A stretch of 64,000 nucleotides of DNA from Histomonas meleagridis 2922-C6/04-290x (lineage: Eukaryota; Protista; Parabasalia), in assembly GCA_020184695.1 (NCBI GenBank), contig JAANOX010000011.1, forward strand, positions 620,001 through 684,000. The letters run 5' to 3'. The number at the start of each line of letters is the position of its first letter. The stretch's first letter is position 1. The position numbers were made by a program, and so were the translations under genes. The notes under the pieces are model-generated. The model was given only the letters and a program-made list of their open reading frames with translations. It was not told the DNA's origin and ran no database searches. This document shows positions 45,827 to 56,779 of this stretch, one piece after another.

Positions 45827-47416
45827 TTATGAAGTTGTTTTTGACCAATAAGTAATATCACTTTGAAAACGCTTTTGATATTTTTCTTTCAAATCTTCAA
45901 TTTCATCAAGCATATTCTTATCAGGAGATATTTCGTTTTGGTCCAAAATTACCCTCAAAATGAGTTTCTTTGCTTCTTTTTGCATTCCAAACTCAATACA
46001 TACTTTTGCATATTCGTATAAATTATCGACATTTCTTGGTTGTATTATCATATCAGTACCACATTTTCTCATTAATAATCTTAAAGCTTCTTCATCAAGT
46101 TTTATCAGTGAAGGTCTGCAATTAAATAAATCAATAAGAGCATTTCTACATGAATTATGTGTAAAAATATCAAAAACCGCCTCTTTCACTTCACATGTCA
46201 TTTCACTTCCGATAATTGAATAGAATTCGATCATCCCAATCATGAGAAGCTGTGGATTTAAAATACCACAAAACTGAAGAGCTCTAACAAAACGAATTTG
46301 TGTGACTGGAGAAGTAAGAGAAGGTGCGATTTTTTTCACAAGTTTTTTCATTTGATATGAGGTACATGTTTCTTTAAGTCTTCTTATTAGCATATTAACA
46401 GCTGATGTAATACCATTACGACGTCTAAAAAGATACGCAATTAGGTGCTTGGATATTTTCATTTGAGCGATTGCTTCATAGTTTGTTTTGATTTCATAGA
46501 TTTCGTTATCAAAAAGTGAAAAAGTGTCATCGAAAATGCACTTGAACCCTTTTTTGATGTCAAAAACATCACCAACAACTTTATACTTCTCAGTGTCTTG
46601 GAAATCAAGAAGCGCAGAACGATTCTTCTTAGTGTCTGTTACAAGAATTGCATTATCAAAAACTGAAAAATTCAAATTATCAATATTGATGTCAATATTA
46701 AATATTTGTAAAGGAAACTTTTGGACTGTGCCACTGCTTGATATTTTTTCGATTTGAGGGACTTTGTTGCCATCAGCAAATAAAAGAATGATGAAATCTG
46801 AAAGAACAACCATTTGTTTTGGAGCGCCAAATGGCATGTCGTTCGATGTATATACAGTTCTTCGAGTTGTACAACTAGAAAAATGATAAATAGTAATTCC
46901 GTTTGTGCTGCAAATCAATGCATATGAGCCAAATACACAATAGGATGAAATTGGAATAATAGCAGAAAAAGTTGTCCTCAAGTGAGAATCATGAAGACTG
47001 AAACCTTCTTTTGAAATAATACATAAACAATTATCAACAGGTGAATATGCTTCCAAAATTTGTCTATGAAATAATAAAGAGTTTAACGCAAAAGATAAAA
47101 CTTTTGGAACAGGAAAATCAAAAATGTTTTCGTCTAAAACAAGAATGAAACCAGTTGGAATTAAATTTCTTGTTGCGTAAACAAAAATAGCTGATTCATT
47201 TATAACATATCCAACCCAATAAACGGAATCTCTTTCGGTTAATTTGAAATCTGATATTGAAATGATTTTTGGATTTAAAGAATTGAAATAAGAAATATTT
47301 TGAAAATCCTTATGAACAACCCAAAGTTCTTTGCCAGTGGTAAGAGCTTTGCCTTCAGGAATTTTCGTTGGTGATTGAAACTGAAGGATATTAAAGTGTT
47401 CTTGTGGGTTGCTCAT
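45827..47416 (-). CDS. RMC1/Mic1-like protein (beta-propeller plus helical C-terminus)
   Basis: NLNFSVFDNAILV…SALLDF and LIAYLFRRRN resemble RMC1 (C18orf8) motifs. Recognition only. Confidence 0.5.
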   Translation of the reverse strand: MSNPQEHFNILQFQSPTKIPEGKALTTGKELWVVHKDFQNISYFNSLNPKIISISDFKLTERDSVYWVGYVINESAIFVYATRNLIPTGFILVLDENIFDFPVPKVLSFALNSLLFHRQILEAYSPVDNCLCIISKEGFSLHDSHLRTTFSAIIPISSYCVFGSYALICSTNGITIYHFSSCTTRRTVYTSNDMPFGAPKQMVVLSDFIILLFADGNKVPQIEKISSSGTVQKFPLQIFNIDINIDNLNFSVFDNAILVTDTKKNRSALLDFQDTEKYKVVGDVFDIKKGFKCIFDDTFSLFDNEIYEIKTNYEAIAQMKISKHLIAYLFRRRNGITSAVNMLIRRLKETCTSYQMKKLVKKIAPSLTSPVTQIRFVRALQFCGILNPQLLMIGMIEFYSIIGSEMTCEVKEAVFDIFTHNSCRNALIDLFNCRPSLIKLDEEALRLLMRKCGTDMIIQPRNVDNLYEYAKVCIEFGMQKEAKKLILRVILDQNEISPDKNMLDEIEDLKEKYQKRFQSDITYWSKTTS

Positions 47417-47919
47417 TCAATGTCACTTTTAACATAGGGTCGATTCCTAAAAAAAGGCCTAATCCCCAATTTTTTTCATATAATGACAAAAATATAAAGA
47501 AAATGAAACTTTAATAGAAGCACAAAAATATGTCAAGTGAATTTAGGGATATTTTCAGTTTCATTATTACAATACTTTACAATGCGTAAAATATTCAATT
47601 TTTTACTGGAAACATTTGATCGTATAAGCATAATTTTAAAGTTAATTTTATTAAAATTTTTATTAATTTTGCTCAAAATAAAAGTTATATCAATTATTCA
47701 CGACTGATATAAATTTAATTAATGATTTTCGAGATATTCCTATTTTATGTTTTGAATTAAATTTTTGTGATTTGAATGTGGGCGGATAGAATAACCGTTT
47801 TATAATAATTACATTGAATTTTTCAATAGTATTTTGAAAAGTATTTTTTTTCTGTAAAGGATTTTTTCGAGATAGTTTGCCATAAAAATACAGTTTATTT
47901 CGTATCGAGAATATCTTTG

Positions 47920-48465
47920 TCACCAAGAAAAGCTTTCTTTCATTTCGTTTTTTGAGGTAGATGCTCCTTGATGATTATTTTGGATTAATGTTTTATTTTC
48001 ATCATTATAATAATTAATTGTTTCGCTTTGCCACATGATCGGAAGTGGTTCTGTTGATATGTCGTTTGAAGCTGTTAAATCATTTTCCTCTGTCATTAAA
48101 AATTGGTAATAATCCGAATCTGAAGAAGAATCCACCTCTTCAATTTCTCTACTATTGTATGCATCATCTGTTTGCATATCCATAACACGTGCTTTTTCTC
48201 TCGCAAATGATTGGTCTTCAGGTAAATTATCTGTTTGACTAACAATTTTGCATTCTACAATATCACTCATCCTAACACCTTGGCTCTCTAGTGTCATACA
48301 AGGGTTTAAAACCTCTCCATTATGAAATAAGTAAACTTTTTCATTTTCAAAACATGAAAATTGTAAAAGATCAGAGAGCTCAGATGCAGTTGATGATCGC
48401 CGAGTGAGGACAGGAAGAATAGCACCAGGTAGCCACTGCACCTTGATTTTAAACTCATCGCTCAT
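47920..48465 (-). CDS. Ubiquitin-like domain protein with acidic tail
   Basis: …YLFHNGEVLNPCMTLESQGVRMSDIVEC… ubiquitin-fold pattern. Confidence 0.65.
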   Translation of the reverse strand: MSDEFKIKVQWLPGAILPVLTRRSSTASELSDLLQFSCFENEKVYLFHNGEVLNPCMTLESQGVRMSDIVECKIVSQTDNLPEDQSFAREKARVMDMQTDDAYNSREIEEVDSSSDSDYYQFLMTEENDLTASNDISTEPLPIMWQSETINYYNDENKTLIQNNHQGASTSKNEMKESFSW

Positions 48466-49066
48466 TCTGCGCTATATTGACGTTCCGGATTCTGGAAAAT
48501 TTTTATCAAAAACTGGTGCTAATTGATGTTATTACGGTTATTTCAATGTTTTATTCAAACAATTCAGCAGAGTTATTCGGTTATTGAGTCAAAACTGGTG
48601 GTTGATTTTACCCGACCAAATAAAAAAAGGTTACTTAATTGAATTAAAAAAGCTTTCGAAGGGTAAAAGTGGCAATTTTCAATCAAACTGAAACTATTTT
48701 CATTCAAAAACGGAGGTTATTATATTCAAATTTAAGCCCGATACAACTTGGGAATGGTGAAGACTTGTTTTTTCTCCTCTTTTTTTTATTAAGGAAATTT
48801 AATTCTTATTATGAGGTATATGAAAAATTTTATTTTAAGTCATTTTTCTAAATGATAATCAATTTTAAATAAATTTAGCCAATTCATTGTGTTTCATTGA
48901 TTCAGATTGTTTTATTAATAATAGAATAAAATTCACATGAAAATCAAAAGTCTTTTTGTGTATTGGGAAATGATAAATATTTTTAATCAGTTGGTGCTTG
49001 TTTTGATGTTTTGGAGTAAGTGCTATTCAGACAAAAATAAAAATAAGTGAGAACAAGTACTGTTTA

Positions 49067-49639
49067 TTAGTTTGATTTAGTTGCAGCTTCTACCAGAATA
49101 TTTGCATCAGCTTCGATTTGATCTGGATTATGTTTGAAATTAAACCAGCTATTTTTGGTATATAAATGAATTTCTGGAAGTGGGGTAGAGCTAACTTGTT
49201 TAGATTCATTCGAAACTTCTTTGAAAGATTCGCCTCCTCGAATTTCTACATCAAATCTCAAAACACTTTCAAGAATATTGCTTTGCAGTTGAATTGAAGT
49301 GGAACCATTTCCACGACGTACAATCTGTGCTAAATCGAGCTTACCATGCGCAATTTCTTCCTTTCCACTTCCCTTGACGCTATGAGTATAAACAGTAACA
49401 TCAACAATTGAAGGCGTTGGTTTGCCTGAAGAATCTCTAGAAATTGTTCTTTCCATTTCAATCACACGAGTCCATTTTACAAGGAAATTTTCAACAGGGG
49501 TTGGATCTGTTGGGAAATTATTGAGTCGAAAATGGAACTTAAGAGAAAGTGTTCTGTGGCAAAATGGGACATTGTCAAGAACAATATTGTGAAAAAGGAA
49601 AGTCACTAATTCAGCTGATGATTTAATGTTTCTTGACAT
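49067..49639 (-). CDS. NT-C2 (EEIG1/EHBP1-type) domain protein
   Basis: LDNVPF…VENFLVKW…GKEEIAHGKLDLAQIV…SNILESVLRFDV pattern. Confidence 0.65.
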   Translation of the reverse strand: MSRNIKSSAELVTFLFHNIVLDNVPFCHRTLSLKFHFRLNNFPTDPTPVENFLVKWTRVIEMERTISRDSSGKPTPSIVDVTVYTHSVKGSGKEEIAHGKLDLAQIVRRGNGSTSIQLQSNILESVLRFDVEIRGGESFKEVSNESKQVSSTPLPEIHLYTKNSWFNFKHNPDQIEADANILVEAATKSN

Positions 49640-50029
49640 TTAACTTTAGCGAACAGACCATGTGAAACCATTTCAATGAGACCGTTTAAATCATGAAAAC
49701 CAAAAAAATTCTTGATCTAATATCCTTAATATAAAATTTCCTTGGAGTTCATCTAGTACGCTTTTTTCATGTGATGAAACTTCATTAACTGATTTATTAA
49801 ATTTTTTCTAATCAATCTAAAAAAAAAAAATATTTTGGCTTTTTTCTAATAAATAAAACACATTTCAAACGTGGCTTATTATATTTCTTATAAAATGGAT
49901 ACTTAGTTTATTAATATGAATAATTGAAAATCTGTTTTTTTGAAATTACGATTGCCTAAGACAATATATGACGACCGTTTGATACAAAATTTCGTATCGG
50001 TATAGAAATCAGTTTATAGGCTTATTTTC

Positions 50030-53000
50030 ATGGATGAAAATCTAAAAATTCAAACATTTATCTCATCAAAAGATGAAAATGGCAATGATGAAGTTAGCAA
50101 TATGAATATATTAAATGAGCTTGTCCAAATCATATTTAATTTAAATGAGCAAAATCTTGAATCTTCTACGCAAAAATCAATAAATTTAATTAAATCAAAT
50201 TTCTTGTATTCATTTAACTTCGTCATATGTAATTTAGTGTACTCAGCATTTGTCTCTCACAACAATTTTGTTGATTTATACTTAAATTATTTACAAATGG
50301 TTCAAATAAAAGAAGAAAAAATAAATAAGAACAACATCAAAATTATAGATGTTTTTAGTCATTTCATTTTAGGAATCGAATCTCAAGAAGCAAATTATTT
50401 AATTGAGAAAATGATTGAACGAAAACAAATTGATTCTGACATTACAAAAAATATTATTTCGAAATATTTTTTGCATTACAATTTAGAAAAAGAAATTCAC
50501 CATGAAGAACAAACCAATAATGCATTTGGGTGGGATAGAACTAATCAAATAGACAAGTCTTTTTATGATAATTATGAAGAACTTAAAAAGAATGATTGGG
50601 AACTTCATAAGAAGTATGTTAAAGAAGGAGTAAATCCAAATGAAATTACGAAAATAATTCGAAACGATGAAATAGAAAAACTTCAAGAAATATCATCACA
50701 AACAAATTTTTATTTCAATCAAAAAATTCAACCATCACTTTATGAAAGGTGTTCATATATTAATCATAAAAATGTTACATTAATTGATTATGCAGCATTT
50801 TTTTCTTCAGTTAAATGTTTTAAATATTTACTTATGAATAATGCTAATGTAAAAAATACAGGTAAATATGCAGTTGCAGGTGGAAATGAGGAAATCATTC
50901 ATTTGTGTGAACAAAATCATTCATCTTTTCATAATGCATGTCAAGCTGCAATTAAGTTTCATCGAAATGATATCTTTAAATATATTTATGAGAAAAAACT
51001 TGATGAATCTAAAGAACAAAAATCAAATTCATATTTATTTCAACGTAATAAATTATCTCATGCTGAAATGAAATCTAAATTTATGATAAAGTTAGGGGAA
51101 ACATGTGTTAAATATGGAAATTATGAAATTCTTTCATTTTTAGAAAAAGAAGGAATGAAAGTTAATGATAATATAATTAATATTACTGCAAACACTGGAA
51201 ACTTGTTCCTTGTTCAATATTTTCTCAAAAATCATCAAGCTCCAAAAGATATTTTACCATATGCTGTTAAATCTAAAAATATTGAACTTGCAAAATATAT
51301 ACTTCAACAAAAAGGAATTAATGTAAATGCTAAAAGTATTTTTTTGTTTTACATAAATTTTGCTTCGTTAATTTGATATATAAAAATAATTTTCGGAATT
51401 CTTATTGAAAGTTTCATATAGCACTTGTTTATGCAGCTTCTATGGGATTTGATGAAATTGTAAAATTACTTCTTGAAAGAGAAGAAATTGATGTTAATGT
51501 TAAAGATAAATTTTTGTTTTATTTAATGTTATTTCTAAAAATTTAGAATTTTAGTATAATATTTGGGATTTTTTAATATTACTTTATAATGCACTATTAT
51601 GCGCTTGTTCTAAAGGACAAGTAGAAACGGTTAAATTACTTCTTAATCATAAAAAAATTGATGTCAATGTTAAAGATGATTTTTCTTTGTTTTATTTCAA
51701 GATTGTTTGAATAATTTCTTATTTTAATTGTTGATATGGGATTTGTTTAAATCGTTTGTTACACCACTTATTTCTGCATCTTCAAATGGTCATACAGAAA
51801 TAGTTAAATTACTTCTTGAACAAAAAGAAATTAACATTAATGTTCAAGATGAAATTTAATTATTTTGTATAGACTTTCTTTAATTTATTTAATATTTTAT
51901 ATAAATGCTTAGAAATTATTCAAATTATTTGTTACAGCTCTTATGTATGCAGCTAGTAAAGGTTCTGTTGAAATAGTTAAATTACTTCTTAAACAAGAAG
52001 GAGTTAATGCTAATGCTAAAGATATTTATGTGTTTTATTTATATTATGTTCCAAAAATTTGTTATTTCATAGGAATATATGGAATTTGGTTTGATTACTT
52101 CGGACAGCAATTATGTTAGCAACTTTTTACGAGCATAATGATATCGTTAAGTTACTTTTAGAACGAAAAGAATTAAAGATTAATGATGTTGATATTTGTT
52201 TATTTTATTTATTATTTGTTTCAATATTTTAAAATATGATTAAAATAATTGGAAATTATTTAAATTATTCATGACAGCACTTATGTTAGCATGCGCTAAT
52301 GGTTTTGTAGATACCTATAAATTACTTCTAGAACGAAAAGATATTGATATAAATATTAAAAATGTTGTTTTATTTTGATCGGATTTTTCTTCAAAGATTT
52401 TTAACTTTAAAACAATATTTGGAAATTATTCAAAGTATTTGAAACACCACTTATAATAGCAACTCATTTTAATCACATCGAAATAGTTAAATTACTACTT
52501 GAACAAGGAGTTGATATTAATGCTCAAGATATTTATATGTGTTATTTAGAATTTATCTTCATAACTTTTAATTTCAAAATAACATTTGGAAATTATTCGA
52601 ATTATTTAATACAGCACTTATTTGGGCATCTTCTAATGGATATATAGATATTGCGAAATTACTTATTGCACAAAAGGGAATTCGTATTAATATCAAAGAT
52701 ATTTATTTGTTTTATTTACAATTCGTTTGTTTAATTTAAAATTTTAAACAATTATTTGGAATTTATTTAAATGTTTTAGAACAGAACTTATGAATGCTTC
52801 TTATAATGGTCATACAGATATAGTCAAATTACTACTTGAACAAGAAGGAATTGATATTAATATCCAAGCTGTTTATTTATTTTGTATAAATTTTAATTAA
52901 ATCATTTAAAATTTTAAAAAAAATTAATAAAAATTATAGAAACAATTTGAAACAGCACTTATAATAGCATCTCAAAATGGTCATACAGAAATAGTTAATT

Positions 53001-53716
53001 TACTTCTTAAACAAAAAGGAATTAATATTAATACCAATGCAGTTCGTTTGTATAATTTGAGATTTGTTTTAGTATTTTAATATTTTAACAAGATATTTGG
53101 AAATTATTTAAATTACTTTACACAGCACTTATGATGGCATCTCAAAATGGTCATACAGAAATAGTTAAATTGCTTCTTGAACAAGAAGGAATCAATTTTA
53201 ATGATAAAACTATTAAATCATTTCATTTGATATTTATTTCTATGATTTCATATTTCAAATTCTTTTTTGGAAATTATCAAAATTACTTTACACAGCACTT
53301 ATGATGGCATCTCAAAATGGTCATACAGAAATAGTTAAATTGCTTCTTGAACAAGAAGGAATTAAATTTAATGATAGAACTATTAAATCATTTAATTTGA
53401 TATTTATTTCTATGATTTCATTTTTCAAATTCTTTTTTGGAAATTATTTAAATTATTTTTTACAGCACTTATGATTGCATGTTCTAATGATTATACAGAA
53501 ATAGTAAAAATTACTTCTAGAACGAAAAGGTATCGACGTTAATGCAAAAGATATTTGTTTATTCCATTTAAGATTTATTTTAATAATTTTATGTTTCAAA
53601 ATAATTTTTGGAAATTGTTTTGGTTATTTCGAACACCGCTTTTGATTGCATCTCTAAAAGGTTATAAAGAAATTGTTAAAATGCTTCGCAAACATAAAGA
53701 TATTGTAGACAATTAA
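50030..53716 (+). CDS. DUF3447-ankyrin protein whose 14 C-terminal ankyrin modules are separated by non-GT-AG intervening segments
   Basis: Exon 0 is 50030-51337 (DUF3447 motif IQPSLYERCSYI…LIDYAAFFSSVKCFKYL). Modules: 51418-51507, 51588-51677, 51761-51850, 51934-52023, 52104-52193, 52274-52363, 52444-52530, 52611-52700, 52781-52870, 52952-53041, 53122-53211, 53292-53381, 53462-53552 (one extra A) and 53633-53716 (ends in TAA). Whether they are joined in the mRNA or protein is inference. Confidence 0.75.
51338..53716 (+). repeat. Tandem array of 14 ~170-bp units (80-nt spacer + 90-nt ankyrin module)
   Basis: Hand-counted spacer lengths: 80,80,83,83,80,80,80,80,80,81,80,80,80,80. Approximate consensus: ATT-NNN-TTGTTTTATTT…ATTTCAAAATAATATTT-GGA-AATTATTCAAATTATTT-NNN. 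Confidence 0.95.
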
Positions 53717-54055
53717 ATTAATCATTTCAATGCTTTTCAATGGCATAAATTAATAAGTGAAACTTATACAGGTTAACGTTGGGTGGATTTGGCGGTTCAA
53801 TAAAAACCTTTTTGAGCTCAATTAAATAAATTTTATAAATATTTTAGAGAAAGTTATATTTTAAACCCAGCAATATAAAATGTTGTTATTGCTTTTTTCC
53901 TTTAGTTTTGAATGGGTATAAAGTGTAATTCATTTGTTTAAAAGATAGAAAATATAAAATGTTATTACTCAATCTTTATGTAAACATCTTAAATTGGCCG
54001 GCCAATAAAAAGTGACCATTTAAACCCAAACATTTATAATGACCGTTTAATATTA

Positions 54056-54655
54056 ATGTTTGGAAAGAAAAGCAAATTTCAAGGCAAACCTCGGACATTA
54101 AATGACCCAAAACCTGAAAAAAAAGCACCACCACAGCCAAAAATTCCAGCTCAAGAAACAGCACCAGTACCTCCCCCACAAAAAAAGGAACCTGAAGCTC
54201 CTCCACCAGGACCAGAAAACCGTTCGATTAAAGCAACAAGCTATGAGAACAAAGCAGCTGTAACACCTTCTACAATACCAGATGATGATTATGAAATGAG
54301 TCGTAGCGATGTTAAAGGATTAAGGGTTGGTGCTAATGTTGCACCAAAAACTTTTGCAAGTGTTAACGCAAAGCAGACACGAGCTCCTTCACTTATTGCT
54401 AACATCAGATTTCAAATCCAAGATGGAAACAATATCAGAAAAATTGAAGCCAAATTTCAAACAAGCGAAAAACTATCAGCGCTGTATGAATTTTTGGAGA
54501 AAGAAGTTTTTGATTCTGTGGGAAGTTTTGAGATCAGGAAAATGTTCCCCAATCAATTAATACCAAGAGATAATGCAAAGACGCTAGCTTCGCAAAAACT
54601 TTCTGGTCAAGTTATGGTTAATGTAACAATACAAGGTAATACAACATTTAAATAA
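54056..54655 (+). CDS. UBX domain protein
   Basis: Pro-rich N-terminus; IRFQIQDG…KFQTSEKLSALYEF…FEIRKMFP…TLASQKL UBX pattern. Confidence 0.75.
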   Translation: MFGKKSKFQGKPRTLNDPKPEKKAPPQPKIPAQETAPVPPPQKKEPEAPPPGPENRSIKATSYENKAAVTPSTIPDDDYEMSRSDVKGLRVGANVAPKTFASVNAKQTRAPSLIANIRFQIQDGNNIRKIEAKFQTSEKLSALYEFLEKEVFDSVGSFEIRKMFPNQLIPRDNAKTLASQKLSGQVMVNVTIQGNTTFK

Positions 54656-54698
54656 AATTTTTCCTTTTGATTTTTTTGCGTACGTTAAAAATCAATTC

Positions 54699-56654
54699 AT
54701 GAAACCAAATGAAATCTTTGAAATAGCTCAGCAAGACACAGCTTTCGAGGCATCCAAATGGTTTTCAAATACATTAGATTCTATTAAAAGAATTAAATTA
54801 TTGCTCAAATGGGAATTATTAATTTATCATTATCAAAATAAAAAAAGAATTGAAAACTTACAAAATTTCAAGAAACAAATGGATTTAAATCATCAACAAC
54901 ATATAAGTTCAATGCGTAATTTATGGATAAATATGATTACAAATGCAATTCAAAATTATAGAAAGCAAATATTCAAACTAGCCAGTGAAAGCCTTATTCA
55001 AGCAAAGCTCAAGTCCCATGAAGAAAGTAGAACAAAAGAAAAAGAAAATCAAATAACTATTTCAAATGATTCCAAAAATCTAGAATCTAGTTATAGCTCA
55101 ACAACACAATCAAATAACGAAATATCAAATGATTTCAATCAAAACAAGCAAAGGTTTAAATCAATGCTCTTAAGATATTGTCGTCAAACTCGTTTTAAAA
55201 ATCTTAACAAAGCATATTCTTCTTTCTTATTGAAGCTTAAAGCACGTAATGATCGTGCAAAATCACAATGGAATCACATTGTGAATAAACTTTTGCATCA
55301 ATATAAACTCTCACTTCTCAAAGATTCTTTTCAACAATATCAATTCGTTCGTGATCAATGGATATATTTTTCGAGTAAACTGATTCATATCAAAAATCAC
55401 CAAAATGAAATACTTGCATATAATAATTGGAAAAGGATTAATTTCAAAACAGAATATGATCTTAAGAATTTTTGGAAACGATTTTCCATGAAACTAAAAG
55501 CGCAAAAAGAAGTAATTGAAATGTTAAGAGAATTAAAAGCAATGAATTCTATTTCCAACTTTTTCAATTATATAATGGTACAAAAAAGATCCGAAATTGT
55601 CGTCCAAAACATAACAACACCTTATATTGGGTTTATTAAGAATTTAGTTAAGAAAGAAGCTTTAAACTCATGCAAAAAAATAAAAGAAGCTGTACATCAA
55701 AGAGTTATCCAAAACGTAGAAGCATTTTCATTTAATTTCTCTGAATGTATTGTTGAAGCTTGTTCTTCTGTTGCTTCACATCATTTAGAGAAAAATGATA
55801 CGCCAATAAAACCATATGAAATCAAAAATAAAGAAATTTTTGAGAGCAATAAAAAACGAATTAAAAATGATAACATTCAAAACCAACAAATTATTGATTC
55901 TCAAAAGCAAAATAAAAATCCAAATCAAGATACAGTAATTCATATTCAGACATTTTACAAAAATGATACACATCCAACTACTGATATTAAAAGAAACAAT
56001 ATCTTGAATGATATTACTAAAAACGATATTCATCAAGAACCAAAAATTGCATCAAACGATACCTCGAAATCATCAAATGAAAAAATTATTCCAAAGAATA
56101 AAAAACTTGAAATTTCACTTCCTTTTGGAATACACCATCAATTAAAACTTGAAAACATTTCCTCACTTAGTGATATTCCAAATGTTTCACTAAAAGAAAA
56201 ACAAAAATCAAATATACAAAACAAAGATTTATCTTATATACTCAATAAATATGGAACATCTTCATTGGAAGATATTGGATATGAAGAAGACGATGCTTCT
56301 GAAATCAATTTCAGGTTTGATGATGAAGCTAGTACTACTTCTTCAGTCATTTCAAAAGAAGAAAAGTTTTATGATACCGAAAACGAAAGTGATTTAATTG
56401 ATGACAATGTTAGTGAGTTTATAACTTTAAAGAATCTTCTTCACAAAAATAACAGAAATCTTAATTTAATACGCAATGAAGAAGAATTTCCAACTGATAA
56501 AGGTTTATTTGAAGAAGAAAAAAGCATTAGTTTTGATGTTAACAGTAGATCTCATCGAAGTTTTTTGGGTAACTCAGATTTACAATACAAAAAGAATAGT
56601 TTTTCTGGTATAACTGATTCTGATATTGATGTTATTTTAGATGAGAACATGTAA
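54699..56654 (+). CDS. Hypothetical protein (651 aa)
   Basis: Intact ORF with a helical N-half and a low-complexity acidic C-half. Confidence 0.7.
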   Translation: MKPNEIFEIAQQDTAFEASKWFSNTLDSIKRIKLLLKWELLIYHYQNKKRIENLQNFKKQMDLNHQQHISSMRNLWINMITNAIQNYRKQIFKLASESLIQAKLKSHEESRTKEKENQITISNDSKNLESSYSSTTQSNNEISNDFNQNKQRFKSMLLRYCRQTRFKNLNKAYSSFLLKLKARNDRAKSQWNHIVNKLLHQYKLSLLKDSFQQYQFVRDQWIYFSSKLIHIKNHQNEILAYNNWKRINFKTEYDLKNFWKRFSMKLKAQKEVIEMLRELKAMNSISNFFNYIMVQKRSEIVVQNITTPYIGFIKNLVKKEALNSCKKIKEAVHQRVIQNVEAFSFNFSECIVEACSSVASHHLEKNDTPIKPYEIKNKEIFESNKKRIKNDNIQNQQIIDSQKQNKNPNQDTVIHIQTFYKNDTHPTTDIKRNNILNDITKNDIHQEPKIASNDTSKSSNEKIIPKNKKLEISLPFGIHHQLKLENISSLSDIPNVSLKEKQKSNIQNKDLSYILNKYGTSSLEDIGYEEDDASEINFRFDDEASTTSSVISKEEKFYDTENESDLIDDNVSEFITLKNLLHKNNRNLNLIRNEEEFPTDKGLFEEEKSISFDVNSRSHRSFLGNSDLQYKKNSFSGITDSDIDVILDENM

Positions 56655-56779
56655 TAAATAAAAAAGAATGAATAATATTCTGTTTTATATAAAACGTCGG
56701 TACTAACCGTCGTGTAAAGTTGATAAAAAGTGGTTGTAACTTTAAACGGCTCTCTAAGATACGTTTACTTTAATTTTGA

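Noticed and set aside
15442-51859. In-frame TAA codons inside otherwise recognisable frames (Vps4, Ras-like, ankyrin relic, IBD, spacer 4), suggesting stop-codon reassignment
   Set aside because: Intact genes end at TAA exactly at their conserved C-termini (TOR FATC, Hsp90, IFT20), and the 2237-codon AT-rich TOR ORF has no internal TAA. The TAA cases also co-occur with frameshifts, i.e. decay.
51338-53632. Ankyrin spacers as ordinary GT-AG or U12 AT-AC introns
   Set aside because: There is no conserved GT/AG, AT/AC or branch-point motif at frame-restoring positions, unlike the true intron at 23251-23356.
51338-53716. Repeat-spacer array as a CRISPR array or an assembly artefact
   Set aside because: The units encode ankyrin helices, the context is eukaryotic, and there are no cas genes. 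The units are mutually divergent rather than collapsed identical copies, and a second locus shares the layout.
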